Shown in pieces: positions 22,117 to 30,680 of a stretch of DNA of 32,000 nucleotides. Source of the stretch: Mycolicibacterium smegmatis (lineage in GTDB: Bacteria; Actinomycetota; Actinomycetes; Mycobacteriales; Mycobacteriaceae); assembly GCF_001457595.1 (NCBI RefSeq), contig NZ_LN831039.1, positions 90,001-122,000 on the forward strand. The letters are read 5' to 3'. A model generated the notes under the pieces. The model saw only the letters and a list, made by a program, of their open reading frames with translations, was not told the origin of the DNA and ran no database searches. The position numbers and the translations under genes are program-made. How positions within the stretch are numbered: the stretch's first letter is position 1; the number at the start of each line of letters is the position of its first letter.

Positions 22117-23832
22117 ATGGGGTCAAAGCAGCCTGATGATAGTGAGTACGGTGGCCAGACCGTTACTGGAGCAGCGTGGCCACACATCGATGAAGAGCTA
22201 ATCGGTATCGCAGCAGATTCCTTCGGAGACCTCGCTATCAATCTGCGGGACAACGTCATTCCATCTGCTGGTCGCCAGCGAATGAGACTGTCCGACTTCT
22301 GGGAAGGCAACGGCGCTGAAGCGGCATTAGAAGAAGCTTCGAAAATAATCGATTATCATGAGCTTAGCCAGGCCGCCGCCGAGCGGGTGAAGGCTCGATT
22401 AAAGCTCATCGAGAAAAAAATCGCAGATACAAAAGACTTGGTAAATTCCACCGCCCGTCGTGTTCAGAAGATCTGCGAAGACATTCAGAACGAGGGATTC
22501 CCTTCTATCCCATTCAGGGACACTCGCTCAGAGAGAATTGACGACGAGATACTGAAAGGGCTAGAGGAAAACATCGGCCACGTTTCCGATGCCGCAATTT
22601 CTCTAGCGCAGCATCTGCATGTGCCATCCGGGACGCCTGGTGCTGACGGAAAGGTGCCGGATAACACCCCCGAAACGAGACCGCCCAAGTCTCATGACAC
22701 ACAGGACGGTGTCGTCCACCCGATCAACAAGTTCACGGCTCCGAGTCCGAACTATCCAGCTTCACCACCACCCGGAAAGGGGCAGGACGGTGTTATTCGT
22801 CCGGAGAGCAAGAGTCCCGGCCCGGCCCCCGTTGAAGGCGGGCCTCCCACACCTGCTCCGAAGGCACAGCAGGACGGAGACGTAGCTCCGCGACAGAAAC
22901 AGGAGGCACCGGTCCCGGCACCTGGGGTCCCGTCAAATCAGGCCCCTCAGCCAAGTTCTCCTGCTGGTCCGGTGTCGCCAGGCTCGCCGGCCGCTCCCGC
23001 GCCTACAAGCAGCGGTGGCGGACCAAAGAACCCTTCGCTGACAGGACTTTCGGGGACGTCAGAGTCGCCCGCATCGCCAAGTACGCCAGCGCCGACAAGC
23101 AATCCAGCGGCATCAGGTCTCCAGCCAAAGACTCCCTTGGAGCAGTTCCAAAAAGGACTTTCGGATTCAGCAAAGACAAGTGGGTCGCCACAGACGCTGT
23201 CATCTACGCCGTCACAGCCGCTCGGTGGACCGCCCACGACACAGCCACTCGGGGCTGCACCGCCAACAGCAGGTCCTGCCGCACCACCCGGTGCTGGCGG
23301 ACCTCCAGCACCGGTCGCGCAGGCAGCAGGTGGACCTGGCGGCGGGGCTGGGCCAGCACCTGTGGCGCCACCCCCAAGCGGAGGTGTCCCAGGTGGGGCG
23401 GTCCCGTTGGGACCTCCACCGACTCCTCCACTAGCGGCGCCTGTGACGACGCCGTCGCCGGCGGCCGGTCCGCCTGTTGCTCCCACGGGTGCGGCAGCTG
23501 GTGCGGCCGGTGGTGGAGGTGCACAGGTCGCGCCGATTCCGGTGTCGGCGGCACGAGCCGAACGCGACCTTGCCCAACGAGCGGTTCGACGGTCGGGCGT
23601 GGATCCGATGGAGACTGCGCGCAGGATTGCAGCCGCGCTGAACGCCCCTGGGATGACCAACGTCGAGGATTTCAAGTTCTTCTGGGTCACAGGCCTCACG
23701 ACCGACGGAAAGATCGTCGTCGCCAACAACTACGGAATTGCCTACATCCCTCAGCAGGTGCATTTGCCTGAACAGGTGCATATGGCATCTGCCGATGGGC
23801 CGAACACAACGGGAAGACCTTGCGCGCAGTGA
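22117..23832 (+). CDS. espK: EspK-like protein, N-terminal/central part (copy 2)
   Basis: 571 aa. The N-terminal domain with WxG (DFWEGNG) is only about half identical to copy 1 and is noticeably AT-richer. From nt 23305 onward the sequence is essentially identical to copy 1, including the same premature end ..MASADGPNTTGRPCAQ*. Confidence 0.8.
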   Translation: MGSKQPDDSEYGGQTVTGAAWPHIDEELIGIAADSFGDLAINLRDNVIPSAGRQRMRLSDFWEGNGAEAALEEASKIIDYHELSQAAAERVKARLKLIEKKIADTKDLVNSTARRVQKICEDIQNEGFPSIPFRDTRSERIDDEILKGLEENIGHVSDAAISLAQHLHVPSGTPGADGKVPDNTPETRPPKSHDTQDGVVHPINKFTAPSPNYPASPPPGKGQDGVIRPESKSPGPAPVEGGPPTPAPKAQQDGDVAPRQKQEAPVPAPGVPSNQAPQPSSPAGPVSPGSPAAPAPTSSGGGPKNPSLTGLSGTSESPASPSTPAPTSNPAASGLQPKTPLEQFQKGLSDSAKTSGSPQTLSSTPSQPLGGPPTTQPLGAAPPTAGPAAPPGAGGPPAPVAQAAGGPGGGAGPAPVAPPPSGGVPGGAVPLGPPPTPPLAAPVTTPSPAAGPPVAPTGAAAGAAGGGGAQVAPIPVSAARAERDLAQRAVRRSGVDPMETARRIAAALNAPGMTNVEDFKFFWVTGLTTDGKIVVANNYGIAYIPQQVHLPEQVHMASADGPNTTGRPCAQ

Positions 23833-25346
23833 TCGCGACGGAGGATCAGCTGAAGAACTCGGATGCCGGCGTGCACCACGAGGTTTTGAAGCCTGAGGAC
23901 ATCCCTGAGAGCGGCAAGATGGCTGGTCGCGATCGCCTGCAGGTGATCGCTCCGGATGTGAGCTCGCAGTTGGCGCGGATCAGCGACACCGACCTGGTGA
24001 GCGTCCTACCGCCGGCGCCCGCTGATTCGAATCCGCCAGAAGACCGTCGGAAATCGTTGTGGGACAATGTCTGGAAGCCGTTGGCAAGTCGTTCCGCGAA
24101 GCGAGGGGAGAGGCACCTGACGGCCTTCGTGGCGTACGCGTCACACGCCCAGGAACACGCGCTTTACGCAGCACACACGGCAGCGCTCCCTGATGAGCAG
24201 CGGCAGGCGATCCGCGAGTTCATCTATTGGCAGCACGTCGGCCAATTGACGGCCGACGCCTTGGCCCCCGCGTGACGGTGCCAGTGATTCGACACGGAAA
24301 GCTGTTGCGCGCCGGTCGGGAAATTGACGCAAAACGCTCGGCCGAGTCGACCTTATGATTGCCTACGGAACACAACCGGGCGAGTTGGTGTTGACGGCAG
24401 CTGTTTGCGGGGGTGGCTTTGGATTCGCCAGTTTCGCGAATCTTCTGCCGCATCCGGTGTAGCGGACGCAGGGAGGGTGATCGGCTATGAGCGAGGAGTT
24501 GCAGTATGAGCTCCCAGGGCTGGAACGAAAAGCCCATGAATGCGAGTCGACTCGTCCCGAGGGCCCCGGCGACGCGACGAAGCCAGACGAACTCGCCACC
24601 ACCGCGAGTGTCTATAGCAAGCTCATGGTGTCTGCCGCCAAACTGAAAGCGACGTTTGCAGCGGGAGACCGCGAGGGCGAGCGTATTGCGGCCGCCATCC
24701 GCGCCGCGGCGGGCGCCTACCAGAAGATCGAAGAGCAGAAGGCTGCCGAACTGAACCGTCAGATGAATGGCAGCGACGCCCCGCAGCCTGCGGCCGAGGC
24801 GGTGGTCCCTGACATGTCCGGTATCCCTGGCCCGTTGACCATCCCGTCCATGGAATACCCATCTGCTGCGGCTGCCGCGGACGAAATGGATTGGGAGGCA
24901 GCCGCGAGGATCATACATAGCGGCGATACGCAGGCCCTGTCGATGAAGTACTTCCGAGATCAGTGGCGGGACTATCAGTCCACGCTGGAGGGCCACGGGC
25001 GGCATTTTGCGAACCCGGCGGAAGGTTGGTCGGGCGCAGCCGCAGAAACCTGTGCTGAGGCTCAGCGGAGACTGTCGACGTGGTGGGCTGATATGGGTGC
25101 GGAGTGTGGCCGTCTGGCCCAAGAGGCCACGACATTTGTCGATGCGCACGACAAGTTGGTCGCGAACCACCCCACCTTGGAAAACGTCAGAGAATTCGAG
25201 GAAACAGAGTGGGCGTCTGAGTGGGATCGGCAAAACGCCTGGGCGATGCTGCAGGAGCAGTCGGAGGACGCGCTCGAGGCTTACGCAAACGGCAGCCAAA
25301 TCCAAGAAATCCGTCCAGGGAAACCGCCGTCGATCGGTGGCCTTCC
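23305..25346 (+). repeat. Near-identical 2,042-bp core block, copy 2
   Basis: Partner of 8476-10517 (offset 14,829). Confidence 0.85.
23820..24275 (+). CDS. espK: EspK C-terminal domain ORF (copy 2)
   Basis: The protein is identical to the ORF at 8991-9446 (three synonymous nucleotide differences). It has the same GTGA stop/start overlap with the upstream ORF. Confidence 0.75.
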   Translation: MRAVIATEDQLKNSDAGVHHEVLKPEDIPESGKMAGRDRLQVIAPDVSSQLARISDTDLVSVLPPAPADSNPPEDRRKSLWDNVWKPLASRSAKRGERHLTAFVAYASHAQEHALYAAHTAALPDEQRQAIREFIYWQHVGQLTADALAPA

Positions 25347-26052
25347 TGCAGTGAATGACGGTGATGTCCAGGCGAGTCCGACCTCCGCGCCCGGCGGACC
25401 TGGAGGACCCGGCAGCGGCACACCCGGCGGCGGTGGAGCCGGCGGTGGTGGCGGCACCCCTGAGATGCCGGAACTGCCGTCGACAGACCCGTCGATGTCG
25501 CCGATGAGCGCGAATTCCGCAGGGGAAGAGCAGTCTTCGGGCTCACCGTCCAGCGGCGGCTCGTCGTCCGGTGGTTCGCCATCTGGCGGTTCGCCTTCAG
25601 GTGGCGGTGCGCCGTCCGGTAGCGGGATGCCGAGCGGTGGCCTTCCGTCAGACATGCCGGGCGGCCCTGAGATCCCCGGTCTCGACGATCCCAGCCTGAA
25701 CCCGGCCAGCGCCGGTGGTGGCGGCGGAGGGGGTGTCGGTGGCGGTGGTGGTGGAATGCCTGCTGCGCCACTCGGTCCCGCCGTCGGCGCGGACTCGGTG
25801 TCACCGTCGCCGTCGAGTACCCGTGGTGGTGGCGTCGGAGTTCCGGGCGGCCCCGGCGGTGGTGCGGGCGGCATGATGGGTGGCGGCATGGGTGGTATGG
25901 GCGCCGGTCACGGTCAAGGCCAGGGCAAGGAAAAGAAGCGCGACCCGAAGCTTGCTCCGGATGAGGACCTCTACACGGAGGACCGCGCTCACACCGAAGG
26001 CGTCATTGGTCATCGCGCGCGCCGGGAGAAGGACAGTGGAAAGCAGCAGTAG
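24487..26052 (+). CDS. espB: EspB-like ESX-1 substrate, copy 2
   Basis: 521 aa. Residues 1-295 are identical to copy 1 (through ..LPAVNDGDVQA). The Gly/Pro/Ser-rich tail is diverged with small indels. The conserved C-terminal DEDLYTEDRAHTEGVIGHRARREKDSGKQQ is present. Confidence 0.9.
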   Translation: MSEELQYELPGLERKAHECESTRPEGPGDATKPDELATTASVYSKLMVSAAKLKATFAAGDREGERIAAAIRAAAGAYQKIEEQKAAELNRQMNGSDAPQPAAEAVVPDMSGIPGPLTIPSMEYPSAAAAADEMDWEAAARIIHSGDTQALSMKYFRDQWRDYQSTLEGHGRHFANPAEGWSGAAAETCAEAQRRLSTWWADMGAECGRLAQEATTFVDAHDKLVANHPTLENVREFEETEWASEWDRQNAWAMLQEQSEDALEAYANGSQIQEIRPGKPPSIGGLPAVNDGDVQASPTSAPGGPGGPGSGTPGGGGAGGGGGTPEMPELPSTDPSMSPMSANSAGEEQSSGSPSSGGSSSGGSPSGGSPSGGGAPSGSGMPSGGLPSDMPGGPEIPGLDDPSLNPASAGGGGGGGVGGGGGGMPAAPLGPAVGADSVSPSPSSTRGGGVGVPGGPGGGAGGMMGGGMGGMGAGHGQGQGKEKKRDPKLAPDEDLYTEDRAHTEGVIGHRARREKDSGKQQ

Positions 26053-26146
26053 GAACCGTGATCAGACCAGTGCGCTACGAAACATGTTCAAAGCACGTGG
26101 GTTTGGGAGCGCCAGGAGAGCAGCAGCGAGTACGTATGTGCGGTGA

Positions 26147-26455
26147 GTGTTAGGGTTCGACGTGCTTGCCGCCACACGTACATATCTTCTGCTCGGCTTC
26201 TTTGTCTTGTGCGGAGCATGGATTCTGCAGGCGACGTCACACGGCGTTCTCGTCACTGTCGCAATTGTCGCGCTGTATGTGATCGGAATCGGGCTGATAG
26301 TGGTCGGTTGTCACTACTACCGGCAGCTTCCTTGGCCGGAACCCCAAAGGTATAAAAAGGTCGGGGCTCCGCTTGCGGTGTTCGGTTGGATCGTGATCGC
26401 AATCAATCTTGGGGCGTTCGTCGTCTTTCTTGTTTCGGAATATCTACTGAAATGA
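26147..26455 (+). CDS. Small 3-TM membrane protein (102 aa), copy 2
   Basis: Paralog of 11325-11633 with the same three hydrophobic helices. Its stop lies 12 bp from the stop of the convergent espC/F-like gene. Confidence 0.65.
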   Translation: MLGFDVLAATRTYLLLGFFVLCGAWILQATSHGVLVTVAIVALYVIGIGLIVVGCHYYRQLPWPEPQRYKKVGAPLAVFGWIVIAINLGAFVVFLVSEYLLK

Positions 26456-26467
26456 ACGGGCGGCGCT

Positions 26468-26785
26468 TCAGCTGCCGTGCATTTCGCCGTCGAGGTCACC
26501 CGCCTTGGCCGCATCCGTGCGCTCATAATTGGTGGCTGCTTCGTCCAACTTCTCGGCAAGTGACGTAGAAACGCCCTGCATAGCCGCTGCCGCCGCGTCA
26601 CGTGAAAAGCCAGCGGCACCGATCGCCGCAATGGTGGGCGCGCACACAGGACCGTGGGTCACTGTGACCAAGGCGGTCGTATTGTTCGTGGCCTGCGCTG
26701 CCGTCGCGATGTTCTCAACGATCTGCCGCTGACGTTCCGACAGTTCACGCAGCGCTGCTGCCGTTACTTTCAGATCACCGCTCAC
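26468..26785 (-). CDS. EspC/EspF-like small ESX-1-associated protein
   Basis: 105 aa, GTG start with AAGGGA upstream. MSGDLKVTAAALRELSERQRQ..VTVTHGPVCAPT..LAEKLDEAATNYERTDAAKAG resembles M. tuberculosis EspC (..VAITHGPYCSQF..AAKIYSEADEAW). It lies immediately downstream of an EspA/E-like gene, as espC does after espA. Confidence 0.65.
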   Translation of the reverse strand: MSGDLKVTAAALRELSERQRQIVENIATAAQATNNTTALVTVTHGPVCAPTIAAIGAAGFSRDAAAAAMQGVSTSLAEKLDEAATNYERTDAAKAGDLDGEMHGS

Positions 26786-26818
26786 CGGGAGTCCCTTTCG
26801 TCGAGCCTCGGTACTTCA

Positions 26819-27553
26819 TTACTGCGCCTGAGCTTCCGCAGCAATACGGTCGTAGGTGGCGCCGGCGCGCCGGATCAACGTGGCGTTCTCCGATGAGTCA
26901 GCGATCATCCGATACATCCGCTGTGTGGCGATGGGGAGTGTCTTGGCGACCCCTCCCCACTGAATGATCTGGGAGGCGATTTCGCCCGAACCGGGCGGGG
27001 CGTTCCAAAACTTGGCGGCGATTGCCGCCGGTATCAGCCAGGTGAGCTCAGTCATCTGGTGATCGATCTGTCGCCGGGTGTCTTCGATCTCACCGGCTTC
27101 TTTGTCGAGGACCTCTTTCACGATGCGATCCGTCTCGGCCATGAGCGCTGCGCGCTCCTTCTGTTCGCGATTCCTGTCGGAGTAGGCATCCGAACTGCTG
27201 CCTTCCCAGCTGTCAGGCGAACGGGTTCCATCGAGGCCACTGCTGACCCCTGAAAATGCCTCAGCGCCCTGCCCGTAGCGATCTCCGTGTTCAGGACCCT
27301 CGACCCCAGTCAGGTTGCTCATGATTGTCATCGTTCTCAGGCCGAAAGCGATGATCGGTGTCGCCGCGGCCGCGGCGAGCTTCGTGTCGCCCAACTTCTG
27401 TGCGCCGTCTCTGGCAAGAGATTGCCCGAAACTGATGGCGTTCGCTCCCAAGCCCGCAGCCGTGTAACGGGTGTCTTCAGCCATACCTACTGTGTGCGAG
27501 TAGCCGCTGTACCAGTTGTTGGCTATGTCGTAAAGATCCCCGAAGTCACTCAC
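26819..27553 (-). CDS. EspA/EspE-like WXG-type protein
   Basis: 244 aa, GTG start preceded by GGGAGGG. The central SPDSWEGSSSDAYSDRNREQKERAALMAETDRIVKEVLDKEAGEIEDTRRQI parallels EspA GDGWLGSAADKYAGKNRNHVNFFQELADLDRQL..TTRDIL. It is shorter than EspA/EspE and the N-terminal 110 aa are unlike them. Confidence 0.5.
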   Translation of the reverse strand: MSDFGDLYDIANNWYSGYSHTVGMAEDTRYTAAGLGANAISFGQSLARDGAQKLGDTKLAAAAATPIIAFGLRTMTIMSNLTGVEGPEHGDRYGQGAEAFSGVSSGLDGTRSPDSWEGSSSDAYSDRNREQKERAALMAETDRIVKEVLDKEAGEIEDTRRQIDHQMTELTWLIPAAIAAKFWNAPPGSGEIASQIIQWGGVAKTLPIATQRMYRMIADSSENATLIRRAGATYDRIAAEAQAQ

Positions 27554-27627
27554 GTGGCGTCATCCCTCCCAGGTTCTGGAACAGCCTAACAACGCGCAGA
27601 CATGCTCCGATGCACCAATTTTCAAGG

Positions 27628-28296
27628 CTATGACCGGGAATCGCGCTCGCGCTGAACCGCCTGCATCTCGTGAAACCGCTCAACCGCACGATCATCGGCA
27701 AGCTCGACGCGAAGCTCTGGGTGCAGCCAGTAGAAACGCACGAACTCGTACAGTGTCCGCCCCTCTCGGGTGTACATGGCGGAGTTGTCGATCGAGTGCT
27801 GCTCGCCGTCGTCGGTCGTGATGACCAGAGGGTAGATGGCCTGTGGTCGGTCGGGGGCGGTGTCGCTGACGTCGGTGACTTCGTCCCAGTGTCGTTTCGC
27901 CGTTTTCCGGAAGGCTTCGGCGCGTTCGAATCCCTCGGGCCCCAAACGCAGATAGCCGATGCCGCCGAACTTCACGATCAGTACGAAGAACACCGTGAAG
28001 ACCCCGGCCAGTCCACCGCAGATCATCGGGACCCAGGCGAAGACGCCGCCCTCGGAACCCAGAGACTGCGTCGGAAGGTCCAATCGGCCCAATGCACTCA
28101 ACACCGCAGCGAGGCCGAGAAGGGGCGCACCGCCGAGTGTCGCGACAAGCATCATCCGGTCCAGGCGCCGGTCCGGGCGAATGGTGATTTCGCCGTTGGG
28201 GCACGTCACCCTCGGCTGCAGGGTGGGCATGATGAACTGGGCGACGGCGGGGATCGTCCACCAGGCGGCAATGCCGACGCACAGCAGTGCGGTCAC
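27628..28296 (-). CDS. Hypothetical membrane protein (at least 3 TM helices plus a soluble C-terminal domain)
   Basis: 222 aa from GTG 28296. TM helices LLCVGIAAWWTIPAVAQFIM, MMLVATLGGAPLLGLAAVLSAL and VFAWVPMICGGLAGVFTVFFVLIV. The C-terminal ~110 aa are soluble. The coding-like frame continues 36 codons upstream with no canonical start (see findings). Confidence 0.65.
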   Translation of the reverse strand: MTALLCVGIAAWWTIPAVAQFIMPTLQPRVTCPNGEITIRPDRRLDRMMLVATLGGAPLLGLAAVLSALGRLDLPTQSLGSEGGVFAWVPMICGGLAGVFTVFFVLIVKFGGIGYLRLGPEGFERAEAFRKTAKRHWDEVTDVSDTAPDRPQAIYPLVITTDDGEQHSIDNSAMYTREGRTLYEFVRFYWLHPELRVELADDRAVERFHEMQAVQRERDSRS

Positions 28297-28404
28297 GTAA
28301 CTACCGCGCAGAAAAGTGATGACCGCCCACGTCAGAAGTGCCGCCTCGATGATGCCGAGGCAGGTCAGCAGGATTCGCCGTTGCGCTTTCGTGGCCGTCT
28401 CCCG

Positions 28405-28935
28405 TCAGTTCCGTTCGCGGGTGTACCGCGCGGTGTACGCAGCCTCGGCCTCGGCGGCCTCTTCGGGTGTGGGAAGTCCGAGGGTTTCCTTGAGCATGCT
28501 GCGGACACCAGGGCTGTCGCCGACCTGCTGGACGGTGGAATACAGCAAAAATACGTACTGCCCCGCGCCGGCTTTCTTGGTCGCGATCTGCGCGAGATCC
28601 GCAATCTCGCGTGCCAGTTGACTTTCGGTCATGTTCACCACTGACGGCGCAAGGTCGATGCGCTGTAACCACCCGCTGAGATACGCGGTAACCGTGATGG
28701 TGCCCGGTGGGTTGGTGGCCGAGAAGAGCGGCCCTGGATCGGGTTCGTCGACTTCTGAGATCGGAGCCGACGCAACAGCGTCCAGCGCATCCAGACTGGA
28801 GTCGGCATCGCCTGCGGTCGGCAAGTACTCACCGAAGACACCTAGCTCTGAAGCGTCGGGAGCACTGTCGAACGCCGCTGAATCATCGCCCCAATCATCG
28901 TCGGACGACGAAAAGGGCGTGTTGTGGTCTGCCAT
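28405..28935 (-). CDS. EspD/EspH-family protein
   Basis: Best start is ATG 28935 (MADHNTPF..), 7 nt after the espL stop. The acidic N-terminus is followed by ..LFSATNPPGTITVTAYLSGWLQRIDLAPSVVNMTESQLAREIADLAQIATKKAGAGQY..LGLPTPEEAAEAEAAYTARY. This matches the EspD/EspH pattern I recall (LFTVTNPPRTVSVSTLMDGRIDHVEL..MSESQLASEILVIADLARQKA..WGLPSPEEAAAAEAEVFATRY). Confidence 0.8.
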   Translation of the reverse strand: MADHNTPFSSSDDDWGDDSAAFDSAPDASELGVFGEYLPTAGDADSSLDALDAVASAPISEVDEPDPGPLFSATNPPGTITVTAYLSGWLQRIDLAPSVVNMTESQLAREIADLAQIATKKAGAGQYVFLLYSTVQQVGDSPGVRSMLKETLGLPTPEEAAEAEAAYTARYTRERN

Positions 28936-28942
28936 CAACGGC

Positions 28943-29275
28943 TCAGACGTCCTCGGCGGTGATGTCGGCAACCAGCGCGTCGAGTCTCTCGCGGTCTGCC
29001 TCGATCGAGGCAGTGGCTGCCGCAGTCGCCTTCTGCAGGGCTTCGTTGAGCCGGTGCTCGACGGTCTCGGCGCCCAGCCGCAGAAGCCCGTCTTCGATGT
29101 ACACCGATGTCAGATGATGGTGGCCGTTGAGCGTCACCTCGACGGTGTCGGTTTCGTCAGCAGCGGTAAAGGTTTCGGTGTTCATCTTGTGAAGCTGGTC
29201 ATCCATGACCGACTGCAGTCGCTGCGCCTGGCGGAGTACGGCCGCCACCTGCGGATGGATGTCGTCGTCGCTCAT
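28943..29275 (-). CDS. espL: EspL (YbaB/EbfC-like ESX-1 accessory protein)
   Basis: 110 aa. ..FTAADETDTVEVTLNGHHHLTSVYIEDGLLRLGAETVEHRLNEAL.. matches M. tuberculosis EspL ..FRATDEAETVEVTINGHQWLTGLRIEDGLLKKLGAEAVAQRVNEAL. It lies directly downstream of eccE1, as in M. tuberculosis. Confidence 0.88.
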   Translation of the reverse strand: MSDDDIHPQVAAVLRQAQRLQSVMDDQLHKMNTETFTAADETDTVEVTLNGHHHLTSVYIEDGLLRLGAETVEHRLNEALQKATAAATASIEADRERLDALVADITAEDV

Positions 29276-29285
29276 GTTTGTCCCC

Positions 29286-30680
29286 CTATTGCTCCAGAGC
29301 CATCTGGTAGCGGCTTTCCTCCCGCGGGTTGATCAGCTGGATGGGCAGCTGGCGGTGCCGCGGTGTGTCGATGAAGTTGGGTCGCAGGATGACTCGGCCG
29401 ACGCCCTGATGCGGGCCCAGATATGTCGTCGCGTTCGGCCAGCCGATGCGCGGTGTGCGGCCGACGCGGCCGTTGATCATGGTGGCGAACTCGCGGAACT
29501 GCGGGCCCAGGGTCACCACCGCGCCTGCCGCTGCGGAGCGGATCACGAACTGCGTGAACAGCCGCGCGTCGCCGAGGTTGATGCTCACGTCGACGTTGTC
29601 GAACGGCATGTACACCGGATAACGGTCGGCGGTCTCGCCGACCAGCACACCGGCCGAGCCGATCGGCAGGTCGTAGTGCCTGTCGGAAACCGGCACGATG
29701 CCCTGCAGCGCGGCACGCTGACCGCCGAAAAGGCACGAAAAACCGCGCGGCGTGGTCGGATTCGCCAGCGTCGTCAGCAGGATCGCACTCGAGGGAGCCG
29801 CACCGGGACGCACACGCACCCGGGTGATCGTGTGATCGGCACGGGCAGACCACCACATGTCCGGGCCGCCGGGCGCGGTGTAGGCCGCGGTGAACGTGCT
29901 GCGGCCCTTGATCGACGACCACGTCTCGCGCTCGTAACTGATCTCGGTGGCCTTGTCGTAATCGTCGAAGCTGCGGCAGCAGCGTGCGTCGACCCCGTTG
30001 GAGGCCAACTGATCGGCGATGCGGGTGGCCGACGAGACCAGGTAGCGCGCCAGGCCGGACACCCCGGAGTCACGGCGATGCGCCGAGCGCTGCGTCTTCT
30101 CGGGATCGGCGCGCAGCACGATCCACGTGCGCCGGTTGGCCGGCGCCGGATAGGGTCCCACCACCTGCTCGTAGAGCGCGATCAGGCTGGCCGGCGCGGT
30201 CTTGCCGACGCGGTAGCCGGCCGAGACCACATCGGCCTCGAGGTCGGGGCAGTGCGCCTCGAGCAGTCGCTCGACCAATTTGGTGCTCACCACGTCGTCG
30301 GTCATCGCGCTGCCGTTGACGATCACGGTCGGCGTGAAAGGCCTTGGCACCAGTTCGATCACGGCGATGAGATAGTCACCCTGCCAGCGCACCGCGACGT
30401 GGTCGCCGGGCATCACGGTGGCACCGACGGCGGGTTCCGATGCGACGTCGGGCGTGCTGCGGTGGCGTCGTCGCCACGAGAAGATCGCGCGCACCCACCC
30501 GGTGATCCGCAGGCCGCGGATGGTGAGCACCGAGAACAACGCGATGAGTGCGCCGAGGGTGATGCCCAGCCACAGCAGATCGAAGTGCATGCAGACCGCG
30601 ATGCACGCCGGGATCAACGTGGCAGCCCAGATGCCGTGCCCGGTGGTGAACCGGAAACCGAACTGCCGCAAGAAGTTCAT
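29286..30680 (-). CDS. eccE1: EccE1, ESX-1 core membrane component
   Basis: 464 aa from ATG 30680 (MNFLRQFGFRFTTGHGIWAATLIPACIAVCMHFDLLWLGITLGALIALFSVL.. gives two N-terminal TM helices, then a soluble domain). The ATG overlaps the mycP1 stop as ATGA. The 616-aa track ORF extends upstream only as an Arg-rich out-of-context frame inside mycP1. Confidence 0.9.
   Translation of the reverse strand: MNFLRQFGFRFTTGHGIWAATLIPACIAVCMHFDLLWLGITLGALIALFSVLTIRGLRITGWVRAIFSWRRRHRSTPDVASEPAVGATVMPGDHVAVRWQGDYLIAVIELVPRPFTPTVIVNGSAMTDDVVSTKLVERLLEAHCPDLEADVVSAGYRVGKTAPASLIALYEQVVGPYPAPANRRTWIVLRADPEKTQRSAHRRDSGVSGLARYLVSSATRIADQLASNGVDARCCRSFDDYDKATEISYERETWSSIKGRSTFTAAYTAPGGPDMWWSARADHTITRVRVRPGAAPSSAILLTTLANPTTPRGFSCLFGGQRAALQGIVPVSDRHYDLPIGSAGVLVGETADRYPVYMPFDNVDVSINLGDARLFTQFVIRSAAAGAVVTLGPQFREFATMINGRVGRTPRIGWPNATTYLGPHQGVGRVILRPNFIDTPRHRQLPIQLINPREESRYQMALEQ

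Larger units (their letters stand above)
19905..26579 (+). repeat. Cassette copy 2; paralogous to 5105-11785
   Basis: Same gene order and junction sequences as copy 1. The left limit lies just after the IS3-family element (19841). The right limit is the point in the intact espC/F-like gene that corresponds to the IS junction of copy 1. Confidence 0.85.

Noticed and set aside
22414-22420. A7 homopolymer inside espK copy 2 as a phase-variation switch.
   Set aside because: It is a single short run encoding Lys-Lys within an AT-richer segment. There is no second allele or frameshifted remnant in the window to suggest slippage.
26456-26467. Bidirectional terminator in the 12-bp gap between the convergent 3-TM and espC/F-like genes.
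   Set aside because: Only a weak imperfect pairing (GGCGGC..GCTGCC) extending into both coding regions, with no U-tract. This is not convincing as an intrinsic terminator.
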